Shown here: positions 56,248 to 64,000 of the stretch, piece after piece | Position numbering within the stretch: position 1 is the first letter of the stretch | How the letters are laid out: every line of letters starts with the position of its first letter | DNA from: Candidatus Babeliales bacterium | Lineage (GTDB): Bacteria > Babelota > Babeliae > Babelales > JACPOV01 | Assembly (NCBI GenBank): GCA_050250855.1 | Contig: JBFWNW010000004.1 | Span: 154,002 to 218,001 of the forward strand | Reading direction: 5' to 3' | Length of the DNA stretch: 64,000 bases | Notes under the pieces: generated by a model | Databases searched by the model: none | What the model was told of the DNA's origin: nothing | The model's input: the letters and a program-made list of their open reading frames with translations, nothing else | Translations under genes and position numbers: made by a program

Positions 56248-57361
56248 TCGTACCAAATTATGTGCCGCCATTAACCAGATGAGTAATAAATTATTTAAAG
56301 ATATGTCAGGCCCAGAAGCGCGTGCGCGAGAGATCTGGCAAAAAATAGCACATGATGAAACGTTTTACCAAAAAGCTCAGGCGTGCAAAGGGCAGCTTTT
56401 AGTCCCTTCATGGCGCGGGGCATTAGAGCAACTTATTGAGCTTGAGCCATTAACAAAGAACTATCGTGTTTTTTCTGTTGATGGTTCACAAATTTATCCG
56501 GATCGGCATCAAGGAATTTCATGCTATTTGATTAATATTGGTTCAGTAGCATTATCCTATGGGCTTGGTGGTAAGGGGGCAGTTCTTGAATCTCAGCCTT
56601 TTTTATATGCGCAAGAGACCGATATTGACGATTTTGGGGTTAATGATGAACTGGTTAATTGCCGACGCCAAGAATTAGAGCTTATTCATGGGCTTGAGCT
56701 GTGCAAAAAGCAGGGGACAAAAGACGCGCCCTTTTTGTTTTTTGTTGATGGTTCTTTAATTTTTTGGCATTTGCAGGGTAAAGAAGTTGAAGTAAAAAAT
56801 TACTTTTTGCGTTCATATCTGCAGACTCTTGAGCAGTTTTATCAACAGGATATTCCTTTGGCTGGTTATATTAGCTTGCCGCACAGTAAAGAGCTCGTAA
56901 ACTTACTTCGCTTGGCTTTATGTAACTTTAATACGGCAGAATGCCCAGAATTTGCTCTGTTTGATGCTTTGTACGATAGTTCTGTAGCCTCTTTTTTCTT
57001 AAAGCCAGGGACGCGCTCGGGGGTCTTTGAAAATCAAAGCCCGATTACGGTGGTTTACCCCAAGCACCTGAAGCCCCATTTTTTTTACCTTCATACGGGC
57101 ACAGAAATAGCCCGTATGGAAATTCCTGCCTGGCTTGCCCACGATGATGCCAGAATTGACCTTCTTGCCCGTATGGCCCTCGATCAAGCTCATAAGGGGC
57201 AGGGATACCCCGTAGCCTTGGCAGAGGCGCATGAGCAGGCGGTGGTCAAAGGAGTCGATAGAGACTTTTTTTATCAGGCTTTGGCCAAAACAGGTTTACA
57301 GAGGAGCAAAAATATTTCTATTTCTCAAAAATCCTTCAAAAAGCGCTCTGTTTCTTTCTAA
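56240..57361 (+). CDS. nurA: NurA domain nuclease
   Basis: VDGSQIYPDRH, VDGSLIFW, GYIS and GYPVALAEAHEQA motifs; AGGAG RBS before ATG 56240. Confidence 0.85.
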   Translation: MLDRTKLCAAINQMSNKLFKDMSGPEARAREIWQKIAHDETFYQKAQACKGQLLVPSWRGALEQLIELEPLTKNYRVFSVDGSQIYPDRHQGISCYLINIGSVALSYGLGGKGAVLESQPFLYAQETDIDDFGVNDELVNCRRQELELIHGLELCKKQGTKDAPFLFFVDGSLIFWHLQGKEVEVKNYFLRSYLQTLEQFYQQDIPLAGYISLPHSKELVNLLRLALCNFNTAECPEFALFDALYDSSVASFFLKPGTRSGVFENQSPITVVYPKHLKPHFFYLHTGTEIARMEIPAWLAHDDARIDLLARMALDQAHKGQGYPVALAEAHEQAVVKGVDRDFFYQALAKTGLQRSKNISISQKSFKKRSVSF

Positions 57362-57377
57362 TTTGATATTATCCCGG

Positions 57378-57406
57378 TTGACGGTTTGGTAAGTATTTGG
57401 TATCTT
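57378..57406 (+). promoter_or_regulatory. Putative sigma70 promoter
   Basis: TTGACG-17 nt-TATCTT with an extended -10 TG. Confidence 0.55.
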
Positions 57407-57439
57407 AGGGTTATTATGAAAGATAAATGGAGGATTTCA

Positions 57440-58285
57440 ATGAGAAATATTATGCGCAAACTTGCTTTTGCACCAATGCTTTTCTTATTTCTTGTGTGTC
57501 CTCAAGCAGAGGCGTTTTTTGGTCCCTTTTCTATACCAACCTTCAGTGTAAATACTATTTTTTCTGCTATAGGTCTTTGCAGCAGTTATTATTACTTTTC
57601 AACCAATTCATATTGTCAAAGATTCGGGTCATTTGTAGGAAGATATCTTCCTGTTTCTGGCTGGCATGCAGAGACGCAGTTTAATGCTATAACTAGTCGA
57701 CTAGAAACAAAAATAAATAATACTGAAAATGAACTTATACGAGAAAATAGTCAAAATTTAGAAAAAGCTAAAAAAATGAACCGATTTGTACTTGGAGCGG
57801 GTTTGCGATTAAATCGTGTAAAGCGCAATGTGAGGGCTATTCAAAAAAAAGATTTTATGGTTAGAAAACATGAGTTGATGGTTCTTGGAAGCATTTATAA
57901 AGCTTTAAAGGAATTAGAGGTTCAGCGTGAAAGTAATGATAAAGAGTTGTTCGAAAAAAATAAAATACTAGAGAGAAGAGTGCAACAGCTTGGCCTAAAT
58001 GTTGATGATCTGACTAATGTAGTTGAAAGAATACAAAGCAGACAGGGTGACGTTGAGAATAATGTACAAATTGTTAAACAAGAATTGCAGGAAATCAATA
58101 GAGTTCAAAATCAAGAAGCCGAGCTTATGAAAGATTTGTTTATCAAATTAAATTTGCCATATAAAGAAGTAAATAAAGAGCAAAATAGATTTGATATATT
58201 TAGGTCAAAAATTAAAAATATAGGTGAACTTTATTCAAATTCGATGAATACTAGTTTGCAAAATCAACTTGCTCAAGAAAAATAA
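57440..58285 (+). CDS. Hypothetical secreted/membrane coiled-coil protein
   Basis: GGAGG RBS, signal peptide ending AEA, hydrophobic segment, then heptad-rich helix. Confidence 0.7.
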   Translation: MRNIMRKLAFAPMLFLFLVCPQAEAFFGPFSIPTFSVNTIFSAIGLCSSYYYFSTNSYCQRFGSFVGRYLPVSGWHAETQFNAITSRLETKINNTENELIRENSQNLEKAKKMNRFVLGAGLRLNRVKRNVRAIQKKDFMVRKHELMVLGSIYKALKELEVQRESNDKELFEKNKILERRVQQLGLNVDDLTNVVERIQSRQGDVENNVQIVKQELQEINRVQNQEAELMKDLFIKLNLPYKEVNKEQNRFDIFRSKIKNIGELYSNSMNTSLQNQLAQEK

Positions 58286-58306
58286 TATATTAAGGGGGTT
58301 ATAAAC

Positions 58307-59086
58307 ATGGTAATTTTAAAAGAAAAAAAAGGGCTGTTAGGCCTTGTTTTGTTATGTAGTTTTATAGCTAACATAGCATGTATGGATGATCATAAAAAAG
58401 AAGAACTTAATCTTCCTATGGATTTTGACTATCTATCTTTAATGGGTGTTGATCCATCGATATCGCGACCGATAGTAAAAGCAGGAATATTTTTTACTGG
58501 GTTGTGTTTACTGTATGATCACTTTTTTTGTACGCATGAAAAGTTTGATAATAATATGCAAAAACTTAGTACAACGGTTGAAAATAACGTTGACCACCTA
58601 AAAGAAAAGGTGAGTGGAGAGATGAAAAAAACGGGAAGCTCTCTTGGTCATACTAATCAACTTTTACAGCGAGGTGACCAAAAAATAAACAATCTAGCAG
58701 CTGATGTTAATTTTTTAGGGCGCACTCTTGCAGTAGGACATTCTGTTTTTAGTGCCTGTGCTCATAAAATTACAACCTTTATTGGCTTTCAGGCAAAAAA
58801 ACAAGAAGAACAACATCAGCAACATCTGCAAAATTTTGAAAATGTAGCACAAGACGTAGAAAAGCTTAACAACAAAACAGTTGGACTGCAAAAAAATGTA
58901 CAGTTTCTTGATGAATCTCAGCAAGGGTTATTGAGCGAAACTTTTCAATTGCAGCGAGATTCAAGAAATACAAGAAACAAGGCTGATACAAATTTAGAAA
59001 ATGCTCAAACTCTAGCTAAATATGTAGAACAGCAAAATCATCCAAAAAGAAAAAAAGCTAACAAGTCTATGGATGAAATTGATTAA
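58307..59086 (+). CDS. Hypothetical secreted/membrane coiled-coil protein
   Basis: Signal peptide, one TM segment, Q/N/K-rich coiled coil. Confidence 0.7.
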   Translation: MVILKEKKGLLGLVLLCSFIANIACMDDHKKEELNLPMDFDYLSLMGVDPSISRPIVKAGIFFTGLCLLYDHFFCTHEKFDNNMQKLSTTVENNVDHLKEKVSGEMKKTGSSLGHTNQLLQRGDQKINNLAADVNFLGRTLAVGHSVFSACAHKITTFIGFQAKKQEEQHQQHLQNFENVAQDVEKLNNKTVGLQKNVQFLDESQQGLLSETFQLQRDSRNTRNKADTNLENAQTLAKYVEQQNHPKRKKANKSMDEID

Positions 59087-59112
59087 GAATCAATTTTCAT
59101 AAAAAATATTAA

Positions 59113-59140
59113 AGGGCCCAAGAGCGGGCCCTCTTTTTTT
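59113..59140 (+). terminator. Rho-independent terminator between convergent genes
   Basis: AGGGCCC-AAGAGC-GGGCCCT followed by a T tract. Confidence 0.75.
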
Positions 59141-60071
59141 ACCTATTTTTTTCCAACCGAGCTTTTTCCATAAATAACCAGCGAGCAAGTGAATCGAAAT
59201 ATAAAGCTTGATTGCTTTCTTGCGTTGCTTTTCCTACCGTTTCCAGGATAAAGGATGATGGCACTAATGCGCGTGCTGCCGCATCTTGAAAGCCAACATA
59301 AGGTTGATTTGAGCTCATGAGAATAGTTCCTGGAGCAGGATTTGTGGCAAGCCACTGATTAACAATATCAACGGTTGTGGGCCGCAGAAGGGCGCCATCT
59401 TTTTGTTGCATTGGCGTATTAACAATATCAAGAGGAATGGCACGAAAATCTTTCGGAAGATCCATTTGCTCATAGACCATCTGCATCATTTCTATTTCAG
59501 TTTTTGGTAACGTTTGTGGAGCGTGCCAAGAAGGGTTAAGAGGATACTGTGTTGTATCTGGATTAAGTAACGTATCAGAAGATTCCATCTGAGCATCAAG
59601 CGGGCGTGCACCACCAAGGATGATAAGACGCCTGAAGTGTACACCATTTTTATGCAAGTTAACTAAGTATTGCAAGCGCATACGAACTCTGCCTACAAGC
59701 GCTCCCATTAAAAAAGCATAATCATACTGCATCTGCATAGGTTTTACTTCATGCACGAGCCCTAACGCTTTAAAAAATTCTTGCGCCTTTTCTTGAGGAA
59801 TTTTTATCATGTCCTCAAGTTCCCAGCGTTCTTTGCCAGCAGGACGTAGGAATGCTCGTTGTGTTTCTTGCACAATAGAAGCTAAACTGCCATCATGCTG
59901 CAGCGAGCACGCTTCTAACAGATCAAGTAAAACGTTACTTGGTTTATCATTATCAATAAGTTTGCGCACCTCAAGAATTGTTTGGTGCGGTTTTTCATTG
60001 CTACTGCTCATGACAAAAAAGCATGCAAGGACTGTTATGCAGAATAGTAATGAACGTTTGATTGTGTTCAT
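59139..60071 (-). CDS. Hypothetical secreted protein (possible DUF218/YdcF-like alpha/beta fold)
   Basis: Likely start ATG 60071 after AAGGA (the ORF-track extension runs through a repeat element); LIILGGARPL, TEIEMM, RPTT and SNQPYV segments. Confidence 0.65.
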   Translation of the reverse strand: MNTIKRSLLFCITVLACFFVMSSSNEKPHQTILEVRKLIDNDKPSNVLLDLLEACSLQHDGSLASIVQETQRAFLRPAGKERWELEDMIKIPQEKAQEFFKALGLVHEVKPMQMQYDYAFLMGALVGRVRMRLQYLVNLHKNGVHFRRLIILGGARPLDAQMESSDTLLNPDTTQYPLNPSWHAPQTLPKTEIEMMQMVYEQMDLPKDFRAIPLDIVNTPMQQKDGALLRPTTVDIVNQWLATNPAPGTILMSSNQPYVGFQDAAARALVPSSFILETVGKATQESNQALYFDSLARWLFMEKARLEKNR

Positions 60072-60091
60072 GAAATTTTCCTTTTTTTGTT

Positions 60092-60155
60092 GTTCGTATG
60101 CTTCGAGACATCCAGGCTTTGCATGAACTGTGCCTGGATTCCTCAGCACGAACGG
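60092..60155. repeat. Palindromic element, family 1, single unit with extended hairpin
   Basis: GTTCGTATGCTTCGA-GACATCCAGGC...GCCTGGATTCC-TCAGCACGAACGG. Confidence 0.8.
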
Positions 60156-60176
60156 ATCTTACTACAATTGACGGTT

Positions 60177-61322
60177 TTATCCCAAAAATTTCTTAAAAAA
60201 ACTTTTAATCGTTCCTTCGCCGCTACCGTTTTCTGTGGTGGTGCCAATCTGTTCAGAATATGTTTTGAGTGTTTCTTTAGCTTCAGCAGAAAGCTTAGTT
60301 GGAATATGGCATTGCGTAATAACAACCAAGTCACCGCGTGAAGTGTTATGCACACGGTAAAAGCCTTGTTTTGCTACCGTAATGCGTTCACCAACTGGAC
60401 AGCCCTTAGGAATTTTTATCATTTCCTTTGAGCCATCGATTGATTCAATTTCTACCTGTGCACCAAAAACAAGCTGTGGATACGTCAACATAAGGGTACA
60501 TTCAAGGTTGTCACCAACTCTACGAAACTTTTTATCTGGCATAACATGTACTTTTAAATACAGGTCGCCACTTGGTCCACCAAAAACACCAGCATCACCT
60601 TTGCCAGCAATGCGTAATTCAGCGCCATCAAAAATGCCGCGAGGAATAGTAACAGAAATTTTTTCTAATTTTTGTACGCGCGATTGGCCGCCGCAGGTTG
60701 TGCAAGGTGATGGAATAATGAATCCTTCTCCCATACAAGAGCCACATGTTTGGCTGAAGGCAAAAAAGCCTTGTTGGAATGTTTGTTGGCCTGTGCCGCC
60801 GCAGGTATCACACGCTTTGTGTACGGTACCTTTTTGAGAACCTTTACCTTGGCACGCATCGCAGGTTACAAAATGGTAGTAACTGATTTCTTTTTTAGTA
60901 CCAACAAAGGCATCATGCAATGAAATAGAAACTTCTTTAGCTAGATCGTGGCCACGTTTTGGTGAAGGGCCAGTTGGTGCCCCACGGCGTTTTCCTCGGC
61001 CACCACCAGCGCCGCCAAAAATGCCGCTAAAAATATCCCCAAACTGCTCAAAGATATCTTCCATGTTGACATCTTGACCTGAAAAGCCGCCCATGCCATC
61101 AAGGCCAGAATGCCCGAATTGGTCATATTTCTTGCGTTTATCTTTATCTGAAAGAACTTCATACGCTTCTGCCGCTTCTTTGAACTTTTCTTCAGCTTCC
61201 TTATTATTAGGATTGCGATCTGGGTGATACTTCATTGCCAAGGCGCGGTAAGCCTTTTTAATCTCTTCCTGGCTGGCGCTTTTTGCAACGCCTAGTATTT
61301 CATAATAATCTCGTTTTGCCAT
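60177..61322 (-). CDS. dnaJ: Molecular chaperone DnaJ
   Basis: J domain with HPD, G/F-rich region, four CxxCxGxG-type zinc repeats. Confidence 0.98.
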   Translation of the reverse strand: MAKRDYYEILGVAKSASQEEIKKAYRALAMKYHPDRNPNNKEAEEKFKEAAEAYEVLSDKDKRKKYDQFGHSGLDGMGGFSGQDVNMEDIFEQFGDIFSGIFGGAGGGRGKRRGAPTGPSPKRGHDLAKEVSISLHDAFVGTKKEISYYHFVTCDACQGKGSQKGTVHKACDTCGGTGQQTFQQGFFAFSQTCGSCMGEGFIIPSPCTTCGGQSRVQKLEKISVTIPRGIFDGAELRIAGKGDAGVFGGPSGDLYLKVHVMPDKKFRRVGDNLECTLMLTYPQLVFGAQVEIESIDGSKEMIKIPKGCPVGERITVAKQGFYRVHNTSRGDLVVITQCHIPTKLSAEAKETLKTYSEQIGTTTENGSGEGTIKSFFKKFLG

Positions 61323-61423
61323 AATGTAGCGCTACTTTGGTTGCGGGTTATATAATTTTTCCTTAATATAGAAGTATAGCACGAAAAAGGCCATTTAAAA
61401 AGTCTAAAAATAAGGAGACAGTT

Positions 61424-61822
61424 ATGATTTCTTGGCACGTTTTAAAAGTTCTAGGTCTGGGTTATAGTGCATTTGTTCTCATTGATCTTTTTTGGCTTGG
61501 TTTTTTGATGCGTGATTTTTATGCAACTCAGCTAGGAAGCCAGTTGAGAATAGTTAACGGTGCTTTGGCGCCCCAATGGCCAGCGGCTTTAATAGTCTGG
61601 TTTCTGTTAGTACTAGGTCTCTATATTTTTGTCCTACCTAAGGCAACGACAATTTTTTCAGCAGCTTTTTATGGAGCGCTGTTTGGTATTATTGTCTATG
61701 GAGTTTACGATTTGAGTAATTATGCTACGCTTTCTGATTGGCCTTTTATTGTTGTTATTTTCGATTTATTGTGGGGTGCCTGTATCAATAGTTTAATAGC
61801 TATGCTTATGTTTTTTTTATGA
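61424..61822 (+). CDS. DUF2177 family membrane protein
   Basis: IDLFWLG, YGVYDLSNYATL and DLLWG motifs. Confidence 0.85.
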   Translation: MISWHVLKVLGLGYSAFVLIDLFWLGFLMRDFYATQLGSQLRIVNGALAPQWPAALIVWFLLVLGLYIFVLPKATTIFSAAFYGALFGIIVYGVYDLSNYATLSDWPFIVVIFDLLWGACINSLIAMLMFFL

Positions 61823-61957
61823 ATTAAATTTTTTAAGCCCTAGATAAAATAAATTGGTAGAAAGACGAGTAGAATTCATAAAGGATGAGGCATTGTCAAG
61901 ATGGTTCAAGCTTACCTTGATGAGAAACTTGTTAATGTAGATGCTAAAGGTAGGTAG

Positions 61958-62836
61958 CTATATTAGATTTTCATATTTTTTAACCGATGCCCGTGAATGC
62001 TTGATGTCGCCGGCTCGTGCAGGCTCAAATAGAATTGGTTGCTTATAATCAGGAAATTTTTGTTTGAGCTGTTCCACGAGAGCAAGAAGGGTGATGCTGC
62101 TTCCCGTGGCAATATTAAAAACCTGTCCGGCGACTCTATCTTTTGCTGCCAAAGCACAATCTATATTTGCGGCCGCCACCTTTTCAACAGCAATAAAATC
62201 GCGTGTTTGCAGGCCATCACCAAAAAGAGTAATTGGTTTATTAGTGCGCATGCATTCAGTAAATGCAGCAACAACGGCAGCATAGGAGCCATGTGGATTT
62301 TGGCCAGCGCCAAAAACATTAAAGTAACGCAAACAGACTGTTTCAAGGCTGTGGGTTTGCCAAAAATCTTTACACAGTTGTTCACCAATTAATTTTGAAT
62401 GGCCGTACGGTGAACTTGGCATACACCGCATATTTTCATGGCAAATTTCTTCTTGTACGCCGTACACCGCGGCCGAGGATGAGAAAATAAAACGTTCCAC
62501 ATTTTTTTGCCGCGCAGCTTCAAGCATATGCAACGTTCCTATAATATTAGTGTCGTAACATTCCTCAGGATGTTTCGTTGATTCTGGCACCGAAATTTTT
62601 GCTGCTAGATGAAAAATTATAGAGTGTTCACGGCACGCTTGCAGGCAATCTTGAAAATTTCTAATGTCGCCCTGCAAAAAGGTGATGTTATGCTTTACCT
62701 TTTGTAGATTTTCCAAACTTCCTGTTGAAAGATTATCAAGAACCGTAACGTGTGCGCCGCGTGCTAGTAACTGTTTTACCACATGAGAGCCAATAAATCC
62801 CGCGCCGCCGGTTACTAAAACTTTTTTATTCTGCAT
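61958..62836 (-). CDS. NAD-dependent epimerase/dehydratase (extended SDR)
   Basis: VTGGAGFIG, SSSAAVYG, YGHSK, LRYFNVFG and GDGLQTRDF motifs. Confidence 0.93.
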   Translation of the reverse strand: MQNKKVLVTGGAGFIGSHVVKQLLARGAHVTVLDNLSTGSLENLQKVKHNITFLQGDIRNFQDCLQACREHSIIFHLAAKISVPESTKHPEECYDTNIIGTLHMLEAARQKNVERFIFSSSAAVYGVQEEICHENMRCMPSSPYGHSKLIGEQLCKDFWQTHSLETVCLRYFNVFGAGQNPHGSYAAVVAAFTECMRTNKPITLFGDGLQTRDFIAVEKVAAANIDCALAAKDRVAGQVFNIATGSSITLLALVEQLKQKFPDYKQPILFEPARAGDIKHSRASVKKYENLI

Positions 62837-64000
62837 TACATTGCTTCTTTACGATGTTTATTTGTAGCCGTTTGCTCTTGATAAAAAGCAGTTTTTGCGG
62901 GTACAACTGTTAGATCGTCAACTATTTTTTTACCATCAAGAACAGCCTCTTGCATGCTTGCATATTTCCATTCACCATAACGACCAATAGAATAAACTGC
63001 ATGTTTGTGCAAAGCTACGTGTAAGTGAGGAAGATATTTTTCTCGCCACGTATTGTAAATAACGTAAGCGTGAGGAATGGTAATAATTTTTTCGGTAAGA
63101 ATATCTTGTTGGTCAATTTTTAATACTTTTTTTGTTTGAGCAAGAGCTTGCTTGAGCATAGTTTGCACTTCATCATGAGATTTGCCAATATGGGCAAATT
63201 CGCCATACAAAGAGCTGCAGCCTTCGGGTGCCATAGATGTTGCAAGATTATGAGGAAATCCTATGCGGTAAAAAGGATATTTTTCTTCAGGAAAATAGAT
63301 CCAATGTTTTTCGCTCAAATCATTGCGCGCTACGCCAAGATTAAAATTGATAACAGCATTGCATGCTAAATGTTCAAGGGCCGTTTTAAAGCGTGTTGAA
63401 GGAAGTTCTTTGATTTTTGTAATCAACGTATCAAGCGGCATAGTGCTTATTAAGATATCATATTTTTGTGTATGGCCGTTGGTAAATTCTATGACTTTAT
63501 TTTTAATGTCGATAGTGTTGACGTTGTACAAGGTATTGATTGGTTTTTTGAGCGCTTGTGCCAATTTTAAAATCCAATACTGAATGCCGCCTTGTTTTGG
63601 GTAGTAAAAGTGTGCATTGTAGCCAATGGCATCATTGGTGCGATCTTCAAGAGCACCTAAAATCATTTCTCGTAATGAGGTTTGCGGCACAAAACGTCCA
63701 GTCCAAGAAGCGGTAATATCATCAAGGTCATAGGCAAAGATCTTTTTTTGGTATGGTAGAAAAAAGTGGCGCGCAAAGCCTGTACCAAAATTTTTATCAA
63801 CCCATTCAGGGAAAGTGCGTGTTTTTTTTAAAGAGGTGGAACGGGCAACAAAACCTTCTATACATTCGGCAATAACATCTTTAGGCAAACCAAAAAGATT
63901 TACTATATAAGGATAGCGCGAGTAGCGTACAAGAGAGTAAATAAAAGATATGCGATAAATATTATAAAAAATGTCAAGTACTACAAAGAGATATGAATAA
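62836..64000 (-). CDS. FAD-dependent oxidoreductase (amine oxidase/protoporphyrinogen oxidase/UDP-galactopyranose mutase-like), 5'-truncated by the window edge
   Basis: Frame is open to the window end (..SFIYS..RYPY..NLFGLP); FYYPKQGG, STMPL and GRYGEWKY motifs. Confidence 0.8.
   Translation of the reverse strand, partial: YSYLFVVLDIFYNIYRISFIYSLVRYSRYPYIVNLFGLPKDVIAECIEGFVARSTSLKKTRTFPEWVDKNFGTGFARHFFLPYQKKIFAYDLDDITASWTGRFVPQTSLREMILGALEDRTNDAIGYNAHFYYPKQGGIQYWILKLAQALKKPINTLYNVNTIDIKNKVIEFTNGHTQKYDILISTMPLDTLITKIKELPSTRFKTALEHLACNAVINFNLGVARNDLSEKHWIYFPEEKYPFYRIGFPHNLATSMAPEGCSSLYGEFAHIGKSHDEVQTMLKQALAQTKKVLKIDQQDILTEKIITIPHAYVIYNTWREKYLPHLHVALHKHAVYSIGRYGEWKYASMQEAVLDGKKIVDDLTVVPAKTAFYQEQTATNKHRKEAM

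Noticed and set aside
60092..60155. Hammerhead ribozyme (minus strand CTGAGGA followed by a stem)
   Set aside because: The stem is not followed directly by GAAA and there is no stem III or cleavage triplet; the motif is better explained as the family-1 tandem G-A hairpin.
63889..64000. Promoter or gene start for the FAD oxidoreductase (minus-strand TTGACA...TATAAT-like words)
   Set aside because: The hexamer spacing is wrong (4 nt), the frame stays open to the window edge and the N-terminal FAD-binding GxG motif is missing, so the gene is treated as truncated; the last ~100 nt may be low quality.

Overview
AT-rich bacterial chromosome segment. Its gene content and paralog families suggest Candidatus Dependentiae (TM6/Babeliae), protist-associated intracellular bacteria; this is an inference, not a search result. 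Housekeeping genes: metG, topA, plsC-like acyltransferase, batABCDE, an M23 peptidase, lepB, tRNA-Cys(GCA), tRNA-Leu(TAA), hup, a split GspE/PilB, sufCBD...sufS...sufU, nurA, dnaJ and several sugar-modifying enzymes. Four things stand out. (1) A 15.5-kb locus (3747-19258) encodes a 2424-aa secreted protein with an ~1800-aa 11-residue-periodic, Cys-bearing stalk and a C-terminal beta-helix head, followed by six secreted head-only beta-helix paralogs that share a C-terminal motif; this is a candidate fibre/adhesin system. (2) An unannotated ~436-nt intergenic element (21475-21910) has a long terminal stem, many internal hairpins and G-U pairs that favour the + strand; it is a candidate large ncRNA with no recognisable RNase P, tmRNA or SRP motif. 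(3) Two families of dispersed, nested, covarying palindromic REP/REPIN-like elements occur, one fused to the CCA ends of both tRNAs. (4) A 2282-aa secreted Sel1/TPR-like gene interrupts the suf operon. No CRISPR array, transposase, integrase or reverse transcriptase was seen.
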